Assembly: GCA_049903315.1 (NCBI GenBank)
Contig: JBNGBT010000002.1
Coordinates: 96,001-160,000, forward strand
DNA: 64,000 bases
Direction: 5' to 3'
From: Candidatus Cloacimonadota bacterium
GTDB lineage: Bacteria > Cloacimonadota > Cloacimonadia > JGIOTU-2
Under the pieces are notes generated by a model. The model saw only the letters and a program-made list of their open reading frames with translations. It searched no databases and had not been told where the DNA came from. The position numbers were made by a program, and so were the translations under genes. This document shows positions 1 through 10,047 of this stretch, one piece after another; the first letter of the stretch is position 1, and each line of letters starts with the position of its first letter.

Positions 1-600
1 GGCATTGACCTTTCAATAGAGCCACATACCTACACTTCAATTATGGGACCTTCCGGTTCGGGTAAATCAACATTGCTTCATATTTTGGGATGCCTTGACA
101 CACCAACCGATGGCGTGTATTATCTTGATCATGAAAAGGTGAGTGATTTAAGTTATAATAAACTTGCTGAGATTCGCAATAATAAGATCGGTTTCGTATT
201 TCAGGTTTTTAACCTTTTGCCGAATATGAATATTTTGGAAAACGTTGAGCTACCTCTTATGTATGCTGGAGTACATAAGAAAAAGAGGAAACAGCGCGCG
301 TCAGAAGTTCTTGAACAAGTGGGACTTGGACACCGTCTGAAACATAAACCACAGGAATTATCTGGTGGCGAGAGACAACGTACAGCCATTGCACGGGCAT
401 TGGCGAATAATCCTGCAATTATTCTTGCTGATGAGCCGACAGGAAACCTCGACAGCACTTCCGGAAGCAGTATCATGAAAATATTCTCTGATCTGCATGA
501 GCAGGGACACACGATCATCGTTGTAACACACGACAGTACGATTGCGAAAATGACACAGCGTGTGATCACACTAAGCGATGGAAAAGTTGTGAGCTTATGA
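1..600 (+). CDS. ABC transporter ATP-binding protein (MacB/LolD-like), 5' truncated by window edge
   Basis: Frame is open from base 1 (GIDLSIEPHTYTSIMGPSGSGKST); Walker A GPSGSGKS, signature LSGGE, Walker B ILADEP, H-loop VTHD. Confidence 0.93.
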   Translation, partial: GIDLSIEPHTYTSIMGPSGSGKSTLLHILGCLDTPTDGVYYLDHEKVSDLSYNKLAEIRNNKIGFVFQVFNLLPNMNILENVELPLMYAGVHKKKRKQRASEVLEQVGLGHRLKHKPQELSGGERQRTAIARALANNPAIILADEPTGNLDSTSGSSIMKIFSDLHEQGHTIIVVTHDSTIAKMTQRVITLSDGKVVSL

Positions 601-1823
601 GCATATTTTATAACATACGACTCGGAGTTGTTGATATGATTCACAATGTTGGGCGTACTTTAATAACAATGCTTGGAGTAATCCTTGGTACAATGTCTAT
701 TATTGCTGTTCTCGCGCTCGTAGAGGGGGGACGGGAGCAGTCGCTCCGTTGGCTTGAAGAACGGGGTGGCGTCCTCAAACTTTCAATTGATACTAAGTGG
801 ACATTTGATCTTGATGAACGCTCACAGATTCGCGATCAGCGATTGATGTTAAAAGATATGAGACTCATAAGAAATTATTTTCCTGATCTTTTGAATTTTA
901 GTCCCGAATCATCAAAGTGGCTTCAGATGAAATATAAGAATAAAAACTTTTCTACTCGTGTGAATGGTGTTTTTCCATCATATCAGGAAGCAGAAAATTT
1001 TAGTATTGGAGAGGGAAGGTTTATTTCTGAATTTGATATTGATCAAGCATCTCGTGTTATCGCAATTGGAGTAAGGGTCAAAGATGCACTCTTTGGGAAA
1101 GAAAATGCTCTTGGAAAAAACATTACAATCAACAATAACCAGTTCAAAGTCATTGGCATAATGGAAGAGAAGAAGATGGAAATCTCTGGTTGGAGTGGGC
1201 ACAATCCAATGGATTGGCTTAATCGCCAGTCTTTCATACCGCTTACTACCATGCTGAAAAAACTCTTCCCTGATGAACCAATTGATGAGATAAATTTTCA
1301 GGTCGCTTCATCAGAGATGGTAAAACCAACCCAGGAAAGATTGAATCAATTTCTTAAAGCTATGCGCCGTGGTGAGGAGATCTTCGAAGTCCGTGCAAAT
1401 AGCGACAGATTGGAGAATATTCAAAAAAATTCAAATGACACACAACTTATCCTCATGATCGTTGGTGGTATTTCTTTGATAGTTGGTGGTATAGTTATCA
1501 CAAATATTAGCCTTGCCTCGGTAAAAGAGCGTTTGCGTGAAATCGGCGTACGTATGGCGGTTGGAGCTAAAAGAAAGGATATACTCGTCCAATTCCTTAT
1601 ACAAACTACTTTTATGAGTTTGATCGGAGGAATATTCGGAGTTTTAATGGGATTATCGCTTCTACAAGCTCTCGAGAAATTTCTTTCTTCGCCCACAGCA
1701 GCAAATCCTAAAATGATCATTATAGCACTGATCTTATCAGTCGGAGTTGGCTTTATTGCAGGTTTCTTTCCTGCTATGCAGGCGAGTAGATCAGATCCAA
1801 TAAAAATCTTACGATACGAGTAG
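597..1823 (+). CDS. ABC transporter permease (MacB/FtsX family)
   Basis: N-terminal TM, large periplasmic domain, SVKERLREIGVRMAVGA motif, three C-terminal TMs; ATGA overlap with the ATPase gene. Confidence 0.92.
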   Translation: MSIFYNIRLGVVDMIHNVGRTLITMLGVILGTMSIIAVLALVEGGREQSLRWLEERGGVLKLSIDTKWTFDLDERSQIRDQRLMLKDMRLIRNYFPDLLNFSPESSKWLQMKYKNKNFSTRVNGVFPSYQEAENFSIGEGRFISEFDIDQASRVIAIGVRVKDALFGKENALGKNITINNNQFKVIGIMEEKKMEISGWSGHNPMDWLNRQSFIPLTTMLKKLFPDEPIDEINFQVASSEMVKPTQERLNQFLKAMRRGEEIFEVRANSDRLENIQKNSNDTQLILMIVGGISLIVGGIVITNISLASVKERLREIGVRMAVGAKRKDILVQFLIQTTFMSLIGGIFGVLMGLSLLQALEKFLSSPTAANPKMIIIALILSVGVGFIAGFFPAMQASRSDPIKILRYE

Positions 1824-1826
1824 CAT

Positions 1827-2852
1827 ATGAAAAATAATTTCCTGAAATTCTGGCAAAATGTGAAGATAATCTATTCGAATTTTAGTACGGATCAAGCATA
1901 TTTAAGGGCTACCGGTCTTTCATACATAACATTTTTGGCATTCATGCCGTTTATTATGGTTATATTTCTTTTTACACCAAATATTACTGTAATAAAGATA
2001 AAAGACGTTTTCCTCAATTTTATTTTCACCACATTTATTCCTCAATCTGCCGATGTGCTCAAAGAGATCTTTAATGAGATGCTTGCACGAAGAACCGGTC
2101 TCGATGTAATCGGTATCATATTGCTTGTTATAACTTCATTTTATCTATTCAAATCAATTTCGCATACTTTTGATAAAATCTTACAGGCACAGAAACCGAA
2201 AAAAAGGTCTGTCTTTCGTGACTTTGAACGTTTCATTGCTGCTATTGTAGGAGGATTTATTGTTCTCGCAGCCCTCATTGTTGCGGCTTCCATGCCCGTA
2301 ATCAGTCAGATAATTCAGATAGGAATCTTCATCAAGCTGCTGCCATATCTGGGAATGATCCTGCTTATTTTTGCTCTTTATGAAGTTGTGTCTCCTGTGC
2401 ATCCCAAAGTGATCCATGCACTTATTGGTGCTGTGATAACAAGCTTTATCTGGTCAATCGGGAAAAGTGGTTTTGACTGGTATATTGCCACGTTTACTAA
2501 TGTCCGTTCAGTGTACGGAACACTTGGAGCTTTTCCGATATTTATGATTTGGCTTTATTTTACCTGGCTTACTATTCTCTTTGGAATGGAAATTGTCGCG
2601 TTTTTGTCGGGAAGAAAGAGTGCAACAAAAGCAGAGAAGAAAGAAGATAGTACAATTGCACTGACGTTATGTCTGGAAAAGAAAATTCCGGGTAAACTTG
2701 CAAAAGAGATCAAAGAAATCCAAAGATCAAAAAATGAAATTGATAATAAAACGTTTATAAAGTTAATAAAAGACATCGTAAATCCTTCCAAGAAAGAGGA
2801 CGAAGAAAAACCTGAACAAGAAAAGGAAACAGATGAGCTACAAGAGAAGTGA
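1827..2852 (+). CDS. YihY/virulence factor BrkB family membrane protein
   Basis: ATGLSYITFLAFMP start motif, VYGTLGAFPIFMIWLY motif, multiple TMs, charged C-terminal tail. Confidence 0.88.
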   Translation: MKNNFLKFWQNVKIIYSNFSTDQAYLRATGLSYITFLAFMPFIMVIFLFTPNITVIKIKDVFLNFIFTTFIPQSADVLKEIFNEMLARRTGLDVIGIILLVITSFYLFKSISHTFDKILQAQKPKKRSVFRDFERFIAAIVGGFIVLAALIVAASMPVISQIIQIGIFIKLLPYLGMILLIFALYEVVSPVHPKVIHALIGAVITSFIWSIGKSGFDWYIATFTNVRSVYGTLGAFPIFMIWLYFTWLTILFGMEIVAFLSGRKSATKAEKKEDSTIALTLCLEKKIPGKLAKEIKEIQRSKNEIDNKTFIKLIKDIVNPSKKEDEEKPEQEKETDELQEK

Positions 2853-3576
2853 TAACAGGAAAGCAAACCAACTACGAGATATAAAGATCACAAGAAATTA
2901 TCTTCATGACCCTGAAGGATCTGTTCTTATCGAACTGGGAAACACCAAAGTGATCTGTACTGCGACTATTGATCATAAGGTACCTCAATTCATTAGAGAA
3001 AGCGGAGCGAAACACGGGTGGCTGACTGCCGAATACGATATGCTTCCCAGAAGTTCGAACAAACGGATACTGCGAGATAGATATCAGGGTAAGATCAAAG
3101 GGAGAAGCCAGGAAATACAGCGCTTGATTGGGCGTTCTCTACGAGCAATTTTCGATTTAACACAAATACCCGACAAACAAATAATACTGGATTGCGATGT
3201 CATCCAGGCAGATGGTGGCACACGGACTGCGGCAATCAACGGAAGCTTCATGGCATTATATGATGCCTGTTCATTCATGAGAGAAAGAAAATGGATAGGG
3301 GAGTTCCCAATCAAAAATTTCATTGGTGCTATCAGTGTTGGTGTTGTTCAGGATACAGTTCTGCTAGATCTTGCGTATGATGAGGATCTAGCAGCACAGG
3401 TTGATATGAATATCGTGATGGATGAAAATGGCAAATACATTGAAGTGCAGGGCACGAGCGAGGAAACACCATTTACTTCTGAACAACTTCAAAAAATGCT
3501 GAAGTATGCAGAAAAAGGCATCAAAGAGATTGTCGAATATCAGAAAGAATTAATACTAAAAGGGCTGACAGCATGA
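2833..3576 (+). CDS. rph: Ribonuclease PH
   Basis: GSVLIELGNTKVICTA, GWLTAEYDMLP, EIQRLIGRSLR, DCDVIQADGGTRTA. Confidence 0.97.
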   Translation: MSYKRSDNRKANQLRDIKITRNYLHDPEGSVLIELGNTKVICTATIDHKVPQFIRESGAKHGWLTAEYDMLPRSSNKRILRDRYQGKIKGRSQEIQRLIGRSLRAIFDLTQIPDKQIILDCDVIQADGGTRTAAINGSFMALYDACSFMRERKWIGEFPIKNFIGAISVGVVQDTVLLDLAYDEDLAAQVDMNIVMDENGKYIEVQGTSEETPFTSEQLQKMLKYAEKGIKEIVEYQKELILKGLTA

Positions 3577-5456
3577 AGGATTTGAGATTTTCAATTGAGC
3601 AACTCAACGAATTAAGCAGAATGTGCAAGGGTGATATACTCAAGATGACGACTATCGCGAAAAGCGGACACCCTGGTGGTTCAATGTCGTCTCTTGATTT
3701 GTATCTCGCATTGTATTCATATGCAAATATTACTCCTGAAAATCGCTTGAAGGATAATCGGGATAGGATTGTAATTAGTCACGGGCATACCGCACCTGGC
3801 ATATATTCTGTTCTCGGGCATTTCGGCTTTTTTGATATTAATGATGCGATTGCCTATTTCAGGAAAGCGGGAAGTATCTTTGAAGGTCATATTGAACCAG
3901 AAGTGCCGGGCATTGAATGGGCAACAGGCAATCTCGGGCAGGGATTATCGGCTGGAGCTGGCTTTGCATTGGCTGGAAAACAAAAGGGCTTGGATTATAA
4001 TGTTTATGTATGCATGGGAGATGGCGAGCAGCAAAAAGGGCAGTTAACCGAAGCTCGGAGATTTGCGAAAAAATACAATCTCTCAAACATAACTGCGCTT
4101 ATTGACTTTAATCAATTGCAAATCAGTGGCAATATTCACGATGTGATGCCCCAGAATATACGTGCAAATTATGAATCGGATGGATGGAATGTGATTGATA
4201 TCAACGGGCATGATTTTAAAGAAATATTTAGGGCACTGGATGAAGCAAATACAAGTAACAATCCGACTGTAATCATTGCTCACACTATTATGGGTCACGG
4301 AGTATCATTCATGGAAAATGATGAGGAATTTCATGGGAAAGCTCTCACATACTATGAATGCAGTAAAGCGCTGGCAGAACTCGGTTTGGTGAATGATCTT
4401 GATAGATATATAAAGATGAGAGAAGAGTTTGTGCTCCCCCGACCAGAGAAATATCATCCGATTTATCCTGAGATTGATGAGGGAGAAGGTGTTTTTTATT
4501 CGAAAGAGAAACCCGTAGCATGCAGAAATGCATATGGAAAAGCTCTGGCTGACCTTGCGCAGATCAATAAGAATGTTCAGTTTGCAGTCTTTGATTGTGA
4601 TCTTGCAGGATCTGTAAAAACTGCTCAATTTGCAAAGGAGAATCCTTCGAAATTTTATCAAGGAGGCATTCAGGAACATAATGCCGCAGTCGTTGCAGGC
4701 GTCATGTCCAAAGAGAATATCATAACATTTTTTTCTGATTTTGGTGTATTCGGAGTTGATGAAACCTATAATCAGCAGCGTCTGAATGATATCAATAAAA
4801 CAAATCTAAAACTTGTCACCACACATGTCGGTCTCAATGTCGGAGAGGATGGTAAAACTCATCAATGTATCGACTACATCTCTCTGATGAGCAATTTGTA
4901 CGGATTCAGAATACTCATTCCTGCTGATGGAAATCAAGCAGATAAGATAATTCGATATATTTCATCAATGTCAGGCAATTTCTATGTGCCGATAGGCAGA
5001 TCGGCTACGGCGATCATTACTGACGAGCAGGGGAATGAATTTTATGGAAAGAATTACATATTCAGATATGGTTCAGCAGACCATCTTCGAGCAGGAAAAG
5101 ATACTGCGTTGATCACAACAGGAGTCATGGTTGAGAAAGCATTGAAGATCTATGAAATTTTAAAGAAACAGGGAATTTCTCTTGATGTCTGGAATATTTC
5201 TTCCATAACAGAAATCCAGGAAGATGATCTCGAGAAAATTGCACAGCATAAAAATATTTTCACCTATGAAGATCATAATGTCAATACAGGCATGGGCTCG
5301 ATCATCGTAGCAAAAATGAACCAGTTCCATTTAGACGCATGTGTACATCGATTTGGTGTCACTCATTACGGTATTTCGGGAAACAGTGAAGAAGTGTATG
5401 CATATTTTCATCTTGACCCGGAATCAGTAGCTGAAAAGATCACAAGACTGATATAA
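3573..5456 (+). CDS. tkt: Transketolase (single-chain)
   Basis: SGHPGGSMS, DRIVISHGH, TGNLGQG, TPP motif GDGE..N, GEDGKTHQ. Confidence 0.93.
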   Translation: MKDLRFSIEQLNELSRMCKGDILKMTTIAKSGHPGGSMSSLDLYLALYSYANITPENRLKDNRDRIVISHGHTAPGIYSVLGHFGFFDINDAIAYFRKAGSIFEGHIEPEVPGIEWATGNLGQGLSAGAGFALAGKQKGLDYNVYVCMGDGEQQKGQLTEARRFAKKYNLSNITALIDFNQLQISGNIHDVMPQNIRANYESDGWNVIDINGHDFKEIFRALDEANTSNNPTVIIAHTIMGHGVSFMENDEEFHGKALTYYECSKALAELGLVNDLDRYIKMREEFVLPRPEKYHPIYPEIDEGEGVFYSKEKPVACRNAYGKALADLAQINKNVQFAVFDCDLAGSVKTAQFAKENPSKFYQGGIQEHNAAVVAGVMSKENIITFFSDFGVFGVDETYNQQRLNDINKTNLKLVTTHVGLNVGEDGKTHQCIDYISLMSNLYGFRILIPADGNQADKIIRYISSMSGNFYVPIGRSATAIITDEQGNEFYGKNYIFRYGSADHLRAGKDTALITTGVMVEKALKIYEILKKQGISLDVWNISSITEIQEDDLEKIAQHKNIFTYEDHNVNTGMGSIIVAKMNQFHLDACVHRFGVTHYGISGNSEEVYAYFHLDPESVAEKITRLI

Positions 5457-5461
5457 AATTT

Positions 5462-6343
5462 ATGTCTATCTTTGGATTTATTTCTCAGTATGAACGAACA
5501 AGGCGTAAACTCAAGCATAGTTTCTTTTCATATTATAAATACAATCTACGAATCCTTTTTTTTAGAATATATATTAGAATAAAATATTCATTATTCATCA
5601 AACTTCGCCTTTATTCCTTTTTTAAGAATACACTTTTTGTTTCCGCAGATATCGAAACCTACGGGTACTGCAATCGTTCCTGTGAATTTTGTTTTAATAA
5701 TCCAAGATTTGAGCAGAGAGAAAAAGGTGTGATGCCATCGGCATTATGGAAAAAGATCATTGATGAGTTGTCAGCACTCCATTATTATGGGCGGATATCG
5801 CCACATTTTTTTGGTGAACCACTGCTGGATAAACGGTTGCCCGATTTGATTTCTTATGCAAGAGAAAAATGTCCGAATAGTTATATCCTGATCGTCTCAA
5901 ATGGTGACATACTTGATAATTCAACATTTCTAAAACTCATTTCTGCCGGTGTTAACAGATTCTATATCACGAATTATTCTGAAAAATTAAGCTCTACGAT
6001 TCAAGAGCTTGTAGATAAATATCCTGCTTATATTTCTGTCCGTCATTACACTGATTTTTATAAAATTGATCGTGCAGGCATGCTATTTGAAAGGGGAAGC
6101 TCTGTGAAAAAACCATGTCTCTCGTTATTTGGTCAGTTGGTTATAAATTGGAAAGGGCAGGTTGTTCTTTGCTGCATGGATTATTATGCAAAATATATTT
6201 TTGGATCTGCGAGCGAAAGGCGGATTGCCGATATCTGGAGAGATAAAAAAATATCAGATTTCAGAAAAAAATTAATCAAAGGTGTGAGAGAATCTGTTGA
6301 AATATGTAAATTTTGTGATTATAATGGAAGTATGCCCTGGTGA
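5462..6343 (+). CDS. Radical SAM protein with SPASM/twitch domain
   Basis: CNRSCEFC (CxxxCxxC), FGEPLL; C-terminal PC..G.V..CC.D..CKFC. Confidence 0.9.
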   Translation: MSIFGFISQYERTRRKLKHSFFSYYKYNLRILFFRIYIRIKYSLFIKLRLYSFFKNTLFVSADIETYGYCNRSCEFCFNNPRFEQREKGVMPSALWKKIIDELSALHYYGRISPHFFGEPLLDKRLPDLISYAREKCPNSYILIVSNGDILDNSTFLKLISAGVNRFYITNYSEKLSSTIQELVDKYPAYISVRHYTDFYKIDRAGMLFERGSSVKKPCLSLFGQLVINWKGQVVLCCMDYYAKYIFGSASERRIADIWRDKKISDFRKKLIKGVRESVEICKFCDYNGSMPW

Positions 6344-6350
6344 AAGCTTC

Positions 6351-7493
6351 ATGTATAAATTATTAAAGAAAACTCTTCGTCTCACATTAAAACTTGTTGA
6401 AGGATTCATTGCAATATCAGGGAACATGCTATCTGCGAGTGGCAATCGAAGAGTCCAAATTGCACCAAGCTTTAAGATTGCACTCCTTATAAACTTTGGT
6501 ATTGGTAATGTTCTTATGGTTTCTCCGATGCTCAAAGCAATAAAAAATAAGTATCCTGATTCTGAAATAACAGTCATCGGCGAAAAATCATCATTACAAA
6601 TTATCAAATATAATCCGTACTGGGATAAATGCTTCTATATTTCTCGAAGTATGTTACAAAATATTTCTCTCTTTTCCAGATTAGATTGTGATGTATTTAT
6701 GTGTGCGTTTCCAAGTAATTCTTTCCGAACATCGGTGTTTGGATTATTATCATCAGCACCTATTCGGATCGGTTATGAATATCCGACATTATTTGGTTAC
6801 TCATCATTGTTCTTTACGCATCATCTTCCACGAATAAATGAACACATAGTGACTAAAAATATTGCTCTTCTTAAACTTCTTGATATTCGTGTGGATGTGG
6901 AAGACCAAATACCAAAGTATTATTTTAAGACCAATGATTCGACAGATTTCCTAGAGATGTTTTTCAAAAAGAAGAATATTTTCAGTAAAAAAATAGTCGC
7001 ATTTCATGTGGGAGCTTCGATAGGGGGTATTGGTAGAAGATGGTCTTTGGCAAAATTTGATGAATTGGCATTGTTGCTCGAAGAAATAGGATATACTGTA
7101 TTACTTCTTGTGGGACCGGATGAGACCACTCTGATACCTCACATTGAAGCTTTTAGTTCAGAATGTGTAATAGTGAACGGCCTTAACCTGGACCAAGTAT
7201 CATGCGTACTCGCAGAATGCGCTTTTATCATTTCCAATGATTCTGCATTGATGCATATTGCTGCTGCGGTTTCTACTCCTTCTGTAGGGATTTACGGCCC
7301 AACTGATCCTGCACTTTCATCTCCATATGGCATACAACATGAACCAGTTAGAGCACATATTGAGTGCAGCCCTTGCTATAGATCGGAAAACCCCCTCTCA
7401 TGTAAAATCGGGTATAAATGTATGGAAACTATTTCTGTTCAGAATGTGTTTACGGCTATAACAAAATTACAGGAAATTATTGCGAATTCATGA
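6351..7493 (+). CDS. Glycosyltransferase family 9 (heptosyltransferase-like)
   Basis: GIGNVLM, SNDSALMHIAAA, GIYGPT, CSPC..C..CM; ATG at 6351 chosen to avoid a long overlap with the upstream gene. Confidence 0.88.
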   Translation: MYKLLKKTLRLTLKLVEGFIAISGNMLSASGNRRVQIAPSFKIALLINFGIGNVLMVSPMLKAIKNKYPDSEITVIGEKSSLQIIKYNPYWDKCFYISRSMLQNISLFSRLDCDVFMCAFPSNSFRTSVFGLLSSAPIRIGYEYPTLFGYSSLFFTHHLPRINEHIVTKNIALLKLLDIRVDVEDQIPKYYFKTNDSTDFLEMFFKKKNIFSKKIVAFHVGASIGGIGRRWSLAKFDELALLLEEIGYTVLLLVGPDETTLIPHIEAFSSECVIVNGLNLDQVSCVLAECAFIISNDSALMHIAAAVSTPSVGIYGPTDPALSSPYGIQHEPVRAHIECSPCYRSENPLSCKIGYKCMETISVQNVFTAITKLQEIIANS

Positions 7494-9013
7494 AAATTCA
7501 AGTTGGCATTCTCGGGAATCAGCACAGTTTCGAGCAAATCTTACGACAACATGGAATTCCTTATTCGATCCCAAATATGACTGAAATCCAGGATTTGAAT
7601 TCCTATCCTGTGATCATTGTCAATTCGCTCGAAGCATATTCAAAAAAAACGATTTTACATTACATTTCTACTGGAGGGACTGCATTAGTAAATACTACAG
7701 TTTATAAAATATTATTTCCATGCAAAACAAAAAAGAAGCAAATTTCATCTGTCATTGCTGGAGATTCAATATACAAGGATATTGGGCTGATTGATTTTTA
7801 CGATATATTCAACTTTCCTCAGGATAAAGAACTCATTACGCTTGATAGTGCATTACATATTTCTCAGAGAAAATACGGGGCAGGTTTTGTTATTAATTTT
7901 CCCTTTGATGTTGAGAAGCTGTTAAACAGTTATCAGTCAATGAGAAAAAAATTCCACGCTGAAAGAAATGAACTGCCTTCTGAAAGAGTATCTCGCGTTT
8001 CGAAAGGAAAAATAAGCCAAATCATCTATTCTACTATTGAGTACCTCTTTCATGCAAGGGATGTGCCATTTGTTCATGCATGGTATTATCCTGATGATTA
8101 TGAAGGTCTGTTTTCTTTTCGGGTTGATACAGATTTCTGCAATGCAGATGATGCATCCTCGTTGCTTTCAATATGTGAAAATAATGCGATACGGGGCACA
8201 TGGTTCGTTGATACGGAATCCAAAGAAATGTTGAATAATGTCTATGCACAGATGAAAGAGCAGGAAATTGCTCTTCATTGTGACAGGCACCTGGTTTTTA
8301 AAGATTACAAGCAGAATTTAACAAACATTGAGAGTGGACTATCAAAATTGCAGAAAGCTGGGATTACTGTTAAAGGGTTTGCTGCTCCTTTTGGGGAGTG
8401 GAATCCTGCTCTGAACAAAACTCTTAATGAATTAACATTGAATTATTCTTCCGAATTTGTGTATGATTTTGATGATTATCCCCTTTTCCCTGACGAGTCT
8501 CACGTTCTTCAAATTCCTATTCATCCAATAAGCATCGGCAGACTCCGCAGGTCACATTTTTCAGATGAAGAAATGGTCAATTATTTCAAGAAAGTGATCC
8601 TCAAGAAGAGAATTACATCTCAACCAATAATTCTTTATCATCATCCTCATCATCAAAGATTTGAAGTAATTGATGAAATATTTAAGTTCATTGCTCAATT
8701 TAATTTCTGGAAACCCACTATGTCTGAGTATTGCGAATGGTGCCGGGAGCGTAATGAGAGCTCAATAGAAGCACAGTTTGAAGATGACATTCTGAAAGTG
8801 AAGAATAATAATCCTAATCTTGCATTTCGAACTACTCAAAATATAAGATATTTCTCTATCATAAAATCAAATCAATCTATAAAATTAAGTGATATACAAT
8901 GGAAAGAAAAAAGTAGTATGTCCGTTCCTGCTGATATTAGCAGGACACGAAAATGGCATTGGCGGGATACATTATATAATTATGAAACCAGTAAAGCAAA
9001 GGCAGGAAAATGA
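7490..9013 (+). CDS. Polysaccharide deacetylase-like (NodB/CE4-like) protein
   Basis: FRVDTD, EIALHCDRH, GFAAPFG, LYHHP motifs; ATGA overlap at 7490. Confidence 0.72.
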   Translation: MKIQVGILGNQHSFEQILRQHGIPYSIPNMTEIQDLNSYPVIIVNSLEAYSKKTILHYISTGGTALVNTTVYKILFPCKTKKKQISSVIAGDSIYKDIGLIDFYDIFNFPQDKELITLDSALHISQRKYGAGFVINFPFDVEKLLNSYQSMRKKFHAERNELPSERVSRVSKGKISQIIYSTIEYLFHARDVPFVHAWYYPDDYEGLFSFRVDTDFCNADDASSLLSICENNAIRGTWFVDTESKEMLNNVYAQMKEQEIALHCDRHLVFKDYKQNLTNIESGLSKLQKAGITVKGFAAPFGEWNPALNKTLNELTLNYSSEFVYDFDDYPLFPDESHVLQIPIHPISIGRLRRSHFSDEEMVNYFKKVILKKRITSQPIILYHHPHHQRFEVIDEIFKFIAQFNFWKPTMSEYCEWCRERNESSIEAQFEDDILKVKNNNPNLAFRTTQNIRYFSIIKSNQSIKLSDIQWKEKSSMSVPADISRTRKWHWRDTLYNYETSKAKAGK

Positions 9014-10047
9014 AAATATATTTAGCAAGCTATCAAACCTTGATGATCAATCGGGGAGGTCCCACCTATAAGATATTGTGTTTGAAAGATGATCTTGAAA
9101 AATTAGGTGTTGATGTTAATTTGTTCGATATGTGGGATTATGATATGAAGTTTACAGATGAAGACCTTGTGCATATTTTCAATGCTAATTTTCACACCTA
9201 CCCTTTAGCATATAATCTTGAACTCTATGGAGCACGATACGTTGTAAATCCGATTTTCTACAGCAACCATTCTGCACAGAAAATACATCTCTACAGGATG
9301 CTTGAAGCTCCTTTCAGAAAGGTATTTAAAAGATCTTATTCTGATTATTTTTTCACGAAATATGTCTGTGATAATGCAGAAAAGGTTTTACCGAATACTC
9401 TTGATGAGGGCAATCTCCTGTGCGGTGCTCTGGGCGTAAAAAGAGAAAAGATCGAAGTCATACACAATGGTGTTGAAGAGCGGTTTGCTCATGCCGATCC
9501 TTCTCTTTTTGAGAAAAAATACGGGATGAAAGATTTCATTTTGTATGTAGGCCATCTTGGACCGGTTCGCAAAAATGGGTTGAATATTATTCGGGCACTC
9601 CAGAAAATAGATCATCCGTCCGTAATAATTGCAGATATTCTCAACAATAAAGAAGGTGCAGCGTGCAGAGAGGAAATCGAAAAATCGAAGAATATTACTC
9701 ATATTAACTGGATCAAACATGATGATCCGCTTTTCGCGTCTGCATATGCTGCATGCCATACTTTCATTTTGCCCACCCGCTATGAAACACCCGGACGAGC
9801 TGCACTGGAAGCAGGACTTGCAGGTGCAAATGTGGTGATCACACCTTATGGTGGAACACGGGAATATTTCGAGCAATATGCAGAATATACCGAGCCATCT
9901 TCCATACATTCGATCATAAAAGTAACGGAGAAATCCCTGGAAAAAATGAAAAATTCTGCTCTGAAAGATCATATTTTAGAAAATTTTCTCTGGGATAAGA
10001 TTGCACAAAAGACGCTAAAAATGTATAAAAAAGTTCTTACTCAATGA
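9010..10047 (+). CDS. Glycosyltransferase family 4
   Basis: VIHNGV, LPTRYETPGRAALEA (EX7E). Confidence 0.9.
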   Translation: MKIYLASYQTLMINRGGPTYKILCLKDDLEKLGVDVNLFDMWDYDMKFTDEDLVHIFNANFHTYPLAYNLELYGARYVVNPIFYSNHSAQKIHLYRMLEAPFRKVFKRSYSDYFFTKYVCDNAEKVLPNTLDEGNLLCGALGVKREKIEVIHNGVEERFAHADPSLFEKKYGMKDFILYVGHLGPVRKNGLNIIRALQKIDHPSVIIADILNNKEGAACREEIEKSKNITHINWIKHDDPLFASAYAACHTFILPTRYETPGRAALEAGLAGANVVITPYGGTREYFEQYAEYTEPSSIHSIIKVTEKSLEKMKNSALKDHILENFLWDKIAQKTLKMYKKVLTQ

